Positions 37,249 through 46,127 of a stretch of DNA of 60,964 nucleotides are shown in pieces. A program made the translations under genes and the position numbers. Source of the stretch: an uncultured Ignavibacteriales bacterium (GTDB lineage Bacteria; Zixibacteria; MSB-5A5; GN15; FEB-12); assembly GCA_964618515.1 (NCBI GenBank), contig CAZUAS010000002.1, positions 3,451 to 64,414 of the forward strand, in the 5' to 3' direction. The notes beneath the pieces were generated by a model that worked only from the letters and a program-made list of their open reading frames with translations, made no database searches and had not been told where the DNA came from. The stretch's first letter is position 1, and each line of letters opens with the position of its first letter.

Positions 37249-39156
37249 ATGAGAAAGAATTTATTTAAACATATCAGCTTAGTCTTTCTTTTTTTCATCC
37301 TGGCCGCTTCTATGTCGGTAATCAGTTATGCCCAGACCATCAAAAAGGACAAAATTGATATCGACCCGGATATAATCATACTCAATCTCGATGAGGATGA
37401 ACAGGACCTCGCTGATGAATACCTTGACATTCTTGAGCAGTTAAAAGAGACCATTGAAGACTTCAAAGATTATCTTTCCGATATCGATGAAACCAATCCC
37501 TGTGATAATGCCATCAATTTTGAAATTTTTGAAAAAGGTCTGGCTAGCGGTTTATATGCCGAAGACATCAAGATGCTCAAAAGCGATATTGAGGACTACA
37601 CGGATAACCTGAGAAACCTCCAGAGAGATTTCAGGGAATCGGAGGATATCAATGCCCGTGACTGTTATCGCATCACCCGCAGTCTCCAGAGAGAACTTTC
37701 CATATTAAACAACCTCATAGATAAAAACATCACCAGTCGCTTCGTTCAAAAACTCAAAGATGAAAAATTTGCCAACTACCTCAAGGATGCTATCTTAAAA
37801 TTTACGCAGAATATCTTAAAAGGTCATCAACTTACCGAACTGGAAAAACAGCTGACCGAACTTGAAGAACAACTGGAAGGAATGGAAGATTTCGAGGTGA
37901 TTGAAATCCCCCCCATCCCGGCCATACCTGAAATCCCTGAGATTCCCCCCATTCCGGTAATTCCGGATGAAGGACGTTCACGGGTAAAAACTATAATTGA
38001 TCTTGACGGCACTTCTCGAGAAAGCGGTCTGGCCAAAGTCTATACTGCCGTACAGAGCGTATCTTCCCCCAATCTGCCCATTAATATCAATAATCCTCTG
38101 GGAGGAATCATTATCCTGGGCAATAACGATAAAAAACTCGAAGCCGTCCTTAATCTGGAGGTCGCGGCCGACTCCCGAATTCGGGAAAAAAGCTTTACCG
38201 AGGCTTCTTCCCTGGAGATCCGCGAAGATAAAAACGGTTATTTCGTCAATGTCTCTTTCCCCAAACTGACAGACCCGCATACGAAAATCCTGAACAGTCT
38301 GCTGACGCTAAGCCTGCCTTCCCGCAACCATGTCATCTGCAAGAGTTCTTTCGGACCGATAAAAGCGTCCAACCTTCTCAACGGCCTGGTTCTTAACTCC
38401 AGTTATGCCGAAATCAAGTTGAACGACATCAAAGGCGAAGTAAAAGTGACCAATTCCATGAATACCGTGGAACTGCGAAACATCAACGGACCCCTCACTG
38501 TCACCAACTCCTACAGTCCGATTATGATTTATGACTGCAGCGGGAAAATGGAAATCGCCAATGCCTATGCCCAGGTGTCCATCTTCAATTCCTCCGGCGA
38601 AGCAAGGATTAAAAATTCCGGCCAGACGGAAGTTCAAAATCACAAGGGAGATATTAATATCGACAACAGCTACGGGTTGGTTAAAGTGGACAATTTATAC
38701 GGCAATCTGAAAGCCAACAATAACTACAGCCCTATCGAAACCAATATCATCAAAGGCACGGTGACCCTGGGCAACACCTATTCTCTTGTTTCCGCGGTCG
38801 ATATCGAGGGTAGCCTTACGGTGGAGAATAAATACGGAAAAATCGATGCCCGGTATTTGAACGGACCTTTCCAAATCATCAATGAAAATGGTGACATTTC
38901 AGTGGTAATCAACAATCCCCTCAAGGGTTCTTCATCCATATCCGCCATATCAGGTACCATGAATATCGCTCTCAATAAGGAAACGGACATTTTCCTGAAA
39001 GCCCAGACTAAGGACGGCCAGATAAAAAGTACCTATCCCCTCAAGCTGATTGACTTGGGAAATATGCAATCAGGCGAACTCATCCTGGGTCGCGGTAAAG
39101 ACTCCCTGTCCCTTTTCGGCAACCGGACCGATATCATCATTAAAGAAACCAAGTAA
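37249..39156 (+). CDS. Secreted protein: acidic coiled-coil N-domain, (I/E)P repeat linker, and C-terminal DUF4097-like beta-strand repeats
   Basis: 635 aa. Signal peptide, then a D/E-rich helical region, then PPIPAIPEIPEIPPIPVIPDE. The C-terminal ~300 aa carry periodic N.YG.I / NSYS.I strands typical of DUF4097 putative adhesins. Confidence 0.7.
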   Translation: MRKNLFKHISLVFLFFILAASMSVISYAQTIKKDKIDIDPDIIILNLDEDEQDLADEYLDILEQLKETIEDFKDYLSDIDETNPCDNAINFEIFEKGLASGLYAEDIKMLKSDIEDYTDNLRNLQRDFRESEDINARDCYRITRSLQRELSILNNLIDKNITSRFVQKLKDEKFANYLKDAILKFTQNILKGHQLTELEKQLTELEEQLEGMEDFEVIEIPPIPAIPEIPEIPPIPVIPDEGRSRVKTIIDLDGTSRESGLAKVYTAVQSVSSPNLPININNPLGGIIILGNNDKKLEAVLNLEVAADSRIREKSFTEASSLEIREDKNGYFVNVSFPKLTDPHTKILNSLLTLSLPSRNHVICKSSFGPIKASNLLNGLVLNSSYAEIKLNDIKGEVKVTNSMNTVELRNINGPLTVTNSYSPIMIYDCSGKMEIANAYAQVSIFNSSGEARIKNSGQTEVQNHKGDINIDNSYGLVKVDNLYGNLKANNNYSPIETNIIKGTVTLGNTYSLVSAVDIEGSLTVENKYGKIDARYLNGPFQIINENGDISVVINNPLKGSSSISAISGTMNIALNKETDIFLKAQTKDGQIKSTYPLKLIDLGNMQSGELILGRGKDSLSLFGNRTDIIIKETK

Positions 39157-39206
39157 GTCCCCACTACGAAAAACCCTGTTCTCGTTTATGGATAATTAAG
39201 CCGGTT

Positions 39207-40517
39207 TTATTCGGCTCTAAAAGAAGTTTCCAGTTCCTTGAGTTGCTGTTTTATTTTGTTCTCGATATCGATGATGTAATTTTCTTCGTGATAAACCGTT
39301 GTTTCATACGAAGACAGATTTTTCAATTCCTTCATAACCAGGCAGATGGTATTGACGCTCTGAATAATAACCTTCATGGTCTGCAGAATTTGACCCTCGC
39401 GGTCAGGTATGACCCCATTCTTAACCGCCAGCTCTACCAGCTGGGCTCGCCCCAGGATGGTCGCCGTGGCGTTATTAATATAGTGGTTGAAAGTAGCTGT
39501 GATAGTTCTCAACGTTTCCAGGGCGGCTTCTTTCATCTGGTTGCGGGCAATCTGCTGCTGCATTCGGCGATTTTCGCACAACAGAGTTTCCACCGCCAAA
39601 TACTGCCGGGTTAACAGACGGTTGGCTTCGGATAATATTTCTTCCACCGAACCGATTTCAATATCCAGGTAACGGGCTTCCTCGACCGTTTGCGGCAACA
39701 GCCGGACCTGGATGTCCCGCAGGCTTTCAACCGTCAGATTGAGATTGTCCCGAATGGTATTGCGATTCTCGATTTCATAAGCTTCCTCATCCCGAACTTC
39801 CTTTATCACTCCGAAACTTGATACAAGATTGGCCAGGGCAACAATCTGACTGTAGATCATCTCGGAGTCACAGCAGTTAGGTGCATACTGGATATGGTGA
39901 TGCCCAACCGCTTCACAGATTGCCTGGGGGATATTCCATTGTTCGAGCAGAAACTGGCCGACCCGGGCATGATTGGTGCCCCATAATTCTTCCTCAAGTT
40001 CCAGCGTCCTCTCGCCCTTCTTAGCCTGACTGCACAGGTGTTCAAAGTCTTTTGGAAAAGATTTTTCTAAAATCAAAAGACCGATATCATGCAGAAGGCC
40101 GGCTATGAAGGCTTCTTCTATATGCGGATATTGAATCGCCTCGGCAATCATCCTGGAAGCAATCGCCACCTCCAGTGAATGCCTCCAGAAACGAAGGCGG
40201 TCGATTTTCGTTTCCCATCGGGCCACCAAATTATAAATCGAAGCCGACAGCGCCAGGGCGGTTACCTGGCGGAGACCCAGCATAACCACCGCCTTGGTCA
40301 TTGTCGTAACTTCCCGATGAACACTATAATACGGCGAATTAGCCATCCGCAGAATCTTGGCCGTCAGAGCCGGGTCATGCATCAATACCTTAGCCATTTC
40401 ATCAGCCGAGGAGCGGTCATCACGGGCTATCCGCAATACCTCCACCAGCGTTTGCGGAAGAGAAAACAGTTCATGACGTTCCTGAAGAATCTTATTGATT
40501 ATTTCGTTTTTATCCAT
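39207..40517 (-). CDS. HDOD-domain protein with C-terminal degenerate HisKA-like (DHp) helix pair and no ATPase domain
   Basis: 436 aa. HDOD region LPQTLVEVLRIARDDRSSADEMAKVLMHDPALTAKILRMANSPYY ... GLLHDIGLLIL. C-terminal ATFNHYINNATATILGRAQLVE resembles the H-box of ORF 14040. Confidence 0.75.
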   Translation of the reverse strand: MDKNEIINKILQERHELFSLPQTLVEVLRIARDDRSSADEMAKVLMHDPALTAKILRMANSPYYSVHREVTTMTKAVVMLGLRQVTALALSASIYNLVARWETKIDRLRFWRHSLEVAIASRMIAEAIQYPHIEEAFIAGLLHDIGLLILEKSFPKDFEHLCSQAKKGERTLELEEELWGTNHARVGQFLLEQWNIPQAICEAVGHHHIQYAPNCCDSEMIYSQIVALANLVSSFGVIKEVRDEEAYEIENRNTIRDNLNLTVESLRDIQVRLLPQTVEEARYLDIEIGSVEEILSEANRLLTRQYLAVETLLCENRRMQQQIARNQMKEAALETLRTITATFNHYINNATATILGRAQLVELAVKNGVIPDREGQILQTMKVIIQSVNTICLVMKELKNLSSYETTVYHEENYIIDIENKIKQQLKELETSFRAE

Positions 40518-40588
40518 AGAAGCTCGCTATTTATACTTGTATCGGCTAAAATATCGTCAAATTGAGATGCTTTATAACTTATTGGATC

Positions 40589-41809
40589 TCATCCGCTTAA
40601 CCTGGCTGAAAGGCGGTCAAGACGCCTTTTTAACTGGTTCTGCAGGTAAATACTATGAGGACCAAGGGTTATTGCCGACCGGGTATAATATAAAGCTTTT
40701 TGAAGATTTTTTTCGCGATGTTCATAATATTTGGCCAGTTCCAGATTAGCCAGGAAAGCTTCCCGCCCGTCGGCTTCATCTAAATCCTGCCAGATTTCAA
40801 CAGCCGATGACCACTGACCGGCTCTTTTCATAGCCAGCGAATGAAAAAAATGCATTTCACCCGTTAAAGCTTCGTTTCCGTCCCTTTTTAGAAGGCCATA
40901 AAGGTTAATAACTTTATCCACCTGCTTCCGCTTTCCATATATGCGGGAAAGCGAATAAATATCTTCGACCCGGTCAAGGTCCGTACCTTCGGTAAGAAAA
41001 ATATTATTTATTTGAGTAACCAGAAAATAAAGGGACAAAATATCAAGGCGGTTATGTTTCAAAACCTCTTTCATATTATCCAGGTTTTCCCCGGCCAGCC
41101 AGTCGAAATAAACGGAAGGTATCAGATAGCCGGGGATATCATCCTCGCGATAAAAACCAAAAAGCTCGCGTTCAATATTACCCAGACTGCAATCACCCAG
41201 CCGTCGCTTGAAAAGACGGCGGGTGGTGTGCAAAAGGTCGATATGACCGGCGGTCTTTATTTCCCGGGCTACCCGGTTGATAATCATCCGGTCACGAACT
41301 ATGGACAGGTCGAAAGCGGCTCCATTGTAGCTCACTATGGTTTTGTCGGGACCAAGTTCCGTCAGGACTTGCTCAAGTAAGGCGGTTTCATCGGTATAAT
41401 CAGGAAGTAAATACTGGCGAACCTCAAAACCCTCAGCTACCCGCGAACCACAGCCGACCAGGAAAGCGACCGTCCCGGTTCCCCCCAAGCCGGTGGTTTC
41501 AATATCGAAAAAGAGCATCGAAGAAAGGGTTGTTTCACCGTCAATTTCACGGTTGGAAAAAGCGGACCCGGTCACAACTGCTTCCGGCACCTCGTCCTCA
41601 AGGTAAACTTCACCCAAAGAAGAACCAGCCGGGAAAAGCGTTTTGACAACACAGCAGGTTCCCTCTTGGCGGGTAACGAGGTGGCCGCCAAGTTCTGAAG
41701 CCAGGCGTCGATAGCGCGAGGGCAGGCGGTCTGTTGGTACTCCAGGGGCGGCTGATACAATGAATTTTTTCAGGTTGTCTAAACGTTCGTTAAAATTATC
41801 ACCGGACAT
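40589..41809 (-). CDS. RNaseH-fold DEDDh 3'-5' exonuclease with C-terminal TPR-like region (YprB/COG3359-like)
   Basis: 406 aa. ExoI FFDIETTGL, ExoII VSYNGAAFDLSIV, ExoIII HNRLD. The C-terminus is helical and repeat-like. Overlaps the upstream gene by 11 nt. Confidence 0.7.
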   Translation of the reverse strand: MSGDNFNERLDNLKKFIVSAAPGVPTDRLPSRYRRLASELGGHLVTRQEGTCCVVKTLFPAGSSLGEVYLEDEVPEAVVTGSAFSNREIDGETTLSSMLFFDIETTGLGGTGTVAFLVGCGSRVAEGFEVRQYLLPDYTDETALLEQVLTELGPDKTIVSYNGAAFDLSIVRDRMIINRVAREIKTAGHIDLLHTTRRLFKRRLGDCSLGNIERELFGFYREDDIPGYLIPSVYFDWLAGENLDNMKEVLKHNRLDILSLYFLVTQINNIFLTEGTDLDRVEDIYSLSRIYGKRKQVDKVINLYGLLKRDGNEALTGEMHFFHSLAMKRAGQWSSAVEIWQDLDEADGREAFLANLELAKYYEHREKNLQKALYYTRSAITLGPHSIYLQNQLKRRLDRLSARLSG

Positions 41810-42737
41810 GGGATGCGGCTTTCAGAGCTGAGGCCATTTTAAGGCGCACCAGGCGGTCTTGTTCCTGCTCGTAAAAGAATCTCCTGAAACAGCAGTTATC
41901 TTCCGGGTCGGCAAGAATAATCGCCACGGCGGCATGAGCCCGGCGGCCGGGATCGGTCGCAGATGTCTGGTCGAGCAGAATTTCCAGGGCTTCATCGGTG
42001 GCGTATCGTCCCAGTACCCGACAAGCCAGGTTCCCCAGGAGAACCTTCGGGGAGTTAATCGAATCCTGAAGAGCCCTTATTACTTCTACCGTATCCATTT
42101 TTAAAAGAGCTTCCATAGCGGTCATTCGTACCCCGTAAAATTCATCTCCCAAAAGACTGGTCAGTTTCCTGATATTGCCAGCCACCATCAGATTACCACA
42201 GGCCACCGCCGCTGATTTTCTTACCTGGGCGATGGAATCGTTCAGGGCTTCCGTAACAGCGTCTGCCGCCCGGTGGTCGCCGATTTTCCCCAAGGCGCCA
42301 ATCGCTTCATCGCGGACCTGCCAGCGTTCATGACGGCTGACCTCGATTAGCGGCTGCACCGAAGAAGTATCCTTAATATCCCCCAGAGCCCAGCAGACTC
42401 GTGACACCACTTCGCCATCGGGGCGATTCAACGCCGCCGTCAGGTATGGTACCGCCGGAGAACCGATTCTCTGCAGAACATGAATTATAGCCCACCTCTC
42501 CCGGGCGGATTTAGTTATAAACTTATCAATTAGGTAAGGTACCGCCGGAGCTCCTAATGCCGCCAGGGAGTCCTTGGCCGGTTCCACCAAATCCTGGTAA
42601 AGAACCGACCCTGAAGAAGCAATAACAAACAGGGAATCGACTTTCTTTTTTATGTCCTCTTGCGCCGACAAAGTTTCGCTGACAGCCGCAATCATAATTA
42701 AAAGCGTTAGAGTTGTTTTTAAAATCACTTTCAGCAT
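41799..42737 (-). CDS. Secreted/periplasmic HEAT-repeat (PBS-lyase-like) protein
   Basis: 312 aa. Signal peptide ...AAVSETLSAQ. Repeated A.P.L...L.d....VR..A..ALG.i units. Confidence 0.8.
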   Translation of the reverse strand: MLKVILKTTLTLLIMIAAVSETLSAQEDIKKKVDSLFVIASSGSVLYQDLVEPAKDSLAALGAPAVPYLIDKFITKSARERWAIIHVLQRIGSPAVPYLTAALNRPDGEVVSRVCWALGDIKDTSSVQPLIEVSRHERWQVRDEAIGALGKIGDHRAADAVTEALNDSIAQVRKSAAVACGNLMVAGNIRKLTSLLGDEFYGVRMTAMEALLKMDTVEVIRALQDSINSPKVLLGNLACRVLGRYATDEALEILLDQTSATDPGRRAHAAVAIILADPEDNCCFRRFFYEQEQDRLVRLKMASALKAASHVR

Positions 42738-42738
42738 T

Positions 42739-44685
42739 TTATTCCTTTGTGCCTGTCAGGCTGTCCGCGGTTATGTACTCAATATCCATCCCGCCCCCCC
42801 ATTGGGAGTTCGTCCGCCAGTAATAGTTATCCTGTCCGTTCCCCAGATACTGGTCGGTACCGCCAAGGTCGATAAGGAGGCCGATGGAGCCGAAATCCCG
42901 GCGGGGATTGCCGTAACCCTGGGTATTCTGAAAATTATTCACCAGGTACCGGTCATTGCCTTCGTTGTCTATAAGAACGCCGGCGCCATTGGCCGAACCG
43001 GCTCCCTGAGAAAGGTCGTAAGCTATATAAGTATCGTTGCCGTGACGGTCCAATATAAGGCCGCAGGAATAATCATGACCGCAGCCCTGCATCAGTCCCT
43101 TCCCGAAATAAACGTCCGAACCACAATCATCAATAAGGACACCCAGCGCCATGTGCGTGGCCGTCCCCTGACCGTACTGAAAACAACTGTACTGGTCGTT
43201 ACCGCAGGAGTCATAAATTACCCCGAGCGACCACCAGTAACTGCAACCCTGGGCAAAAATATCCGCCTGGTAATTATCGTTGCCGGTCAGGTCGATAATC
43301 GCCCCGATTCCACCGGACATCCAGGGACGCAAACCATAACCGAACCCCTGTGAAAGAGACAGGTAATGTTCCTTATAACGGAGAATATCTTTATATTTAC
43401 CCCCGGCATAATAAGTATCCGAACCGTCCATTTCGTATATCATACCCAACCCCTGAATAAAACCGAATCCCTGAGCATAAAGGGCGGCGTTATAGACATC
43501 GCGGCCCCCCTCGTCAATCAAAAGCCCCATCCCGAAACTTCCCGCCCCCTGAACATGGGTATCACCGTCATAACGGTCATCCCCGGCGGCATCATAAAGG
43601 AGACCGAAACCAAAATACCCTGAGCCCAGAGCAAAAGACCGGGCATCATAACGGTCATGGCCGTCAAAATCCAGAAGCAATCCGACCGAGAAACAGCCCG
43701 AGCCGAGGGTAAAATCCGACCGGGAACGGTAACAGTCATTACCGGCCAGGTCAATAATGATGACACTATGGGGATTAGCCGGGTCATAGGTTAAGTCATA
43801 GATATCATCGCCGCCGAAATCGAGGATAAATTTATAATCGCCGTTGTAATAATCATTGCCGGGACCGCCGATTTTCCATCCCGGTTGCCGTCCCAGATAG
43901 GTTTCGGTGCGGGCGTCGGCGGGAAGGTACCCGGTGCCTTCGATAATTTTTTCCGCGGTCACCTGCCCCGAACGAAGCAGTGTCCGTAGGGCGTTGATTT
44001 CAAGCATCAACTCCTGAAGACAGTCAAGACCGGCGGCCACCAGCGGGTCCTTATCAATGGCTGTACCGAAAGTAATAAACTCATCGCTGTAAGCTTCTTC
44101 CAGCTTCTCCAGAGAATCGTTCTGCTGAACCGTGAAAAATTCCTCTTCCACGGTCATCACGATGAGTTCCTTGAACTGCTTTTTCAGGAAATTCTTTTGC
44201 TCGGAGGTCAGCGGCGCCAGCATCATCTCAGCCGAGCGGGGAAAAACCACGTCGATATATTTCATGGCCCGCGTTAAAAGCTGGTTGAGATTGAAATCGG
44301 TATAAAAAAGATTGTAACGACCCTGTATTTCCGAAATATCCGCCTGGTAAGGTTTCGCCCTTCCGAGCTGGTATTCACCCCTGAGGTCACCAAACAGAAT
44401 CCGGGCTATTATTTCCGGCTGTTTTTTAACATGAGCTTTTTTCAGAGTTGCCGTATAACCAATCATGCCCAGGGGCGCCGCCATGAGGTCGGCAACCAGT
44501 TTCAGGCGAAACGAATCCGGCTCGGTATAGTCCGAACGATAAGCGATATCGGCCGGTTGCAGTCCCAGGTAGTCGGTCAAATGCTCCAGGCCGAACCACT
44601 CAGGCGTTACGGGAGAATTATCCTGGCCCAAAAGACCAAAAGGTACCAGGCAGAGTAATAATATCAGGAAAAACTTCATATCCAC
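42739..44685 (-). CDS. Secreted protein with ~13 Gly/Asp/Tyr-rich ~24-aa repeats (predicted beta-solenoid), family unknown
   Basis: 648 aa. Signal peptide, then a ~270-aa helical N-domain. Repeats follow the pattern G.G..G.LhD..G.D.Y......QG (e.g. LLDFDGHDRYDARSFALGSGYFGFGLLYDAAGDDRYDGDTHVQGAGSFGMGLLIDEGGRDVY). Confidence 0.6.
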   Translation of the reverse strand: MDMKFFLILLLCLVPFGLLGQDNSPVTPEWFGLEHLTDYLGLQPADIAYRSDYTEPDSFRLKLVADLMAAPLGMIGYTATLKKAHVKKQPEIIARILFGDLRGEYQLGRAKPYQADISEIQGRYNLFYTDFNLNQLLTRAMKYIDVVFPRSAEMMLAPLTSEQKNFLKKQFKELIVMTVEEEFFTVQQNDSLEKLEEAYSDEFITFGTAIDKDPLVAAGLDCLQELMLEINALRTLLRSGQVTAEKIIEGTGYLPADARTETYLGRQPGWKIGGPGNDYYNGDYKFILDFGGDDIYDLTYDPANPHSVIIIDLAGNDCYRSRSDFTLGSGCFSVGLLLDFDGHDRYDARSFALGSGYFGFGLLYDAAGDDRYDGDTHVQGAGSFGMGLLIDEGGRDVYNAALYAQGFGFIQGLGMIYEMDGSDTYYAGGKYKDILRYKEHYLSLSQGFGYGLRPWMSGGIGAIIDLTGNDNYQADIFAQGCSYWWSLGVIYDSCGNDQYSCFQYGQGTATHMALGVLIDDCGSDVYFGKGLMQGCGHDYSCGLILDRHGNDTYIAYDLSQGAGSANGAGVLIDNEGNDRYLVNNFQNTQGYGNPRRDFGSIGLLIDLGGTDQYLGNGQDNYYWRTNSQWGGGMDIEYITADSLTGTKE

Positions 44686-44740
44686 TTCAAAAGATAATTT
44701 AAAGATAAGAATCCGGTCAACAATAATGATTAATGATGGG

Positions 44741-45343
44741 TTATTTCTTTTTGGTCAGAACCCAGACAAATTCGCTGAAAAAAGATATTTTCAGCCACCT
44801 GAGGAAATAACTGAAAATATTGCCGGACTGCTCCACAGGGGAATATTCATCATAAAAAAGAGCCTGGTTTTCTTCGATTAAAGGCGTGTAATCATGAATC
44901 CAGAAATCGGCAAAGACTTTTTTCAGATAGCTTTTAGTGCGGTAATTTTTATCCGCCGGGGTTTTATCCCTGCGACCCGGGGTAAAAAACCCCCGGCCCG
45001 ACAAATAACAGAAACCGTTGCTTTTAAGCAGGCGGTATATTTCATCTGCCAGCGCCGGTAAACAGTCATATTTTTGATAGTTATCGGCACAGAGAACAAG
45101 GTCGAAGGTTTCATCGTTAAAACAATTGTCAAAAGGTCGGGCAGTTTCATAGCGGGCAAAAAAACGGTCCATAAATAAAGCCTTATCGCCGGAGCCGGTC
45201 AAATCCAGGCAGTCCAGAGTCACCAGGGGCACCGTTGTAAAATGCTCACAGACCGCCAAAAGTTTCCTTCGCCGGGCGTCCCTCACCGGATGCCCTCCAA
45301 CCGGTATTGATTCGGGAACTTTTTTCTCCATATTAAAAGCCAT
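44741..45343 (-). CDS. Class I SAM-methyltransferase-like protein (divergent motif I)
   Basis: 200 aa. CLDLTGSGD (motif I-like) ... FDLVLCADNYQKY ... LLKSNGFCYLSG. Weak call. Confidence 0.4.
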   Translation of the reverse strand: MAFNMEKKVPESIPVGGHPVRDARRRKLLAVCEHFTTVPLVTLDCLDLTGSGDKALFMDRFFARYETARPFDNCFNDETFDLVLCADNYQKYDCLPALADEIYRLLKSNGFCYLSGRGFFTPGRRDKTPADKNYRTKSYLKKVFADFWIHDYTPLIEENQALFYDEYSPVEQSGNIFSYFLRWLKISFFSEFVWVLTKKK

Positions 45344-45378
45344 ATTTTTTTATCGGATATTTATTTTGAAAACTGGAG

Positions 45379-45409
45379 AAAAAAAACGCTCCTTAAAAGG
45401 AGCGTTTTT
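45379..45409 (-). terminator. Intrinsic terminator of pilin gene copy 1
   Basis: CGCTCCT-TAAA-AGGAGCG hairpin (45387-45404). On the minus strand it is followed by T8. An identical copy lies at 46097-46127. Confidence 0.8.
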
Positions 45410-45845
45410 AATAATTTCAACAACGTACCGATCAGGTGGTCACGTCATCGATGGTGCAGGTCAGAACACCGGTCTGGTCAATGGTCCAGGTATCGACCGT
45501 AGCATCATCGTCAAGGTTGGCTGTCGCCGTAGCGGTGAAGGTGTTGGCGGCCGCCACGATAGCATAGGTGTACATGGCGCTGGTCATGACTTCGACACCG
45601 ATTTGCGGGAAAGTACCGCCGGCTCCGGCAGCGATGGAGACACCACCGTCACCATAAGTACCGTTGGCCTGACGATAGGTCCGCTGCATGGTATATATCT
45701 GCTTCAAAAGCTGTTTGCATTCGGACTGCTTGGACTTGGTCGTGGCCTGCATGAAACGCGGAATAGCCAGAGCGGCCAGAATACCGATGATTACGACCAC
45801 AATCATCAACTCGATAAGGGTGAAACCCTTCTGGCGATTGTGAAA
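45379..45845. repeat. 467-bp perfect direct repeat, copy A (terminator plus almost all of the pilin CDS)
   Basis: Compared by eye in 60-nt rows against 46097-46563 (offset 718). No mismatch found. Identity breaks at 45378/46096 and at 45846/46564. Confidence 0.9.
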
Positions 45846-45857
45846 CTTGCTAAACAT
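45432..45857 (-). CDS. pilA: Type IV (IVa-like) major pilin, copy 1
   Basis: 141 aa. Leader MFSKFHNRQKG|FTLIELMIVVVIIGILAALAIPRF with E5. AGGAGGA SD. C-terminal ...DDDATVDTWTIDQTG.... Confidence 0.9.
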   Translation of the reverse strand: MFSKFHNRQKGFTLIELMIVVVIIGILAALAIPRFMQATTKSKQSECKQLLKQIYTMQRTYRQANGTYGDGGVSIAAGAGGTFPQIGVEVMTSAMYTYAIVAAANTFTATATANLDDDATVDTWTIDQTGVLTCTIDDVTT

Positions 45858-45923
45858 GTGTCCTCCTAAAGTTAATTCCTGTTAAGGTTCTATGTTCTGT
45901 TTTAATTTCACACTTTTACAAAG

Positions 45924-45937
45924 GCAAAGGACATGCC
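45924..45937 (-). promoter_or_regulatory. Sigma-54 -24/-12 promoter of pilin copy 1
   Basis: Minus strand reads GGCATG-TCCTT-TGC with GG-N10-GC spacing. Lies 67 nt upstream of the ATG. The 14-nt core is identical to the one upstream of copy 2. Confidence 0.65.
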
Positions 45938-46064
45938 TTTGACGGAGCTTTTTTTGAACAGCTTTTTCCGAAAGTAACCGCCTAAAAAACAAAGCGTTAT
46001 AAAAAAAGGTGAAAAATAAGGGATAAATCCAATAATTTTCAGCCTTTTTTTATGAGTAAGTTTA

Positions 46065-46098
46065 GGGCATAATGCAATAAATCAGTGCATTTTGCAAA
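46065..46098. promoter_or_regulatory. Candidate enhancer (UAS) for the pilin copy 1 promoter
   Basis: GGGCATAATGCAATAA-N-GTGCATTTTGCAA. Half-sites GCATAATGC / GCATTTTGC form an 8/9 inverted repeat centred ~157 bp upstream of the -12 element. Homologous to 46786-46818. Confidence 0.5.
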
Positions 46099-46127
46099 AA
46101 AAAACGCTCCTTAAAAGGAGCGTTTTT
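46097..46127 (-). terminator. Intrinsic terminator of pilin gene copy 2
   Basis: Same hairpin CGCTCCTTAAAAGGAGCG plus T-run as copy 1. Part of the 467-bp perfect repeat. Confidence 0.8.

Noticed and set aside
42652-43353. Long antisense or alternative-frame ORFs inside large genes. Examples are 738-1304, 14742-15299, 42652-43353, 45366-45869, 49116-49718, 52933-53520 and 57501-58142.
   Set aside because: They overlap ORFs with clear family signatures. Their composition is low-complexity or skewed (Gly/Arg/Pro-rich), and they lack start-site signals. These are typical shadow ORFs in moderately GC-rich coding DNA.
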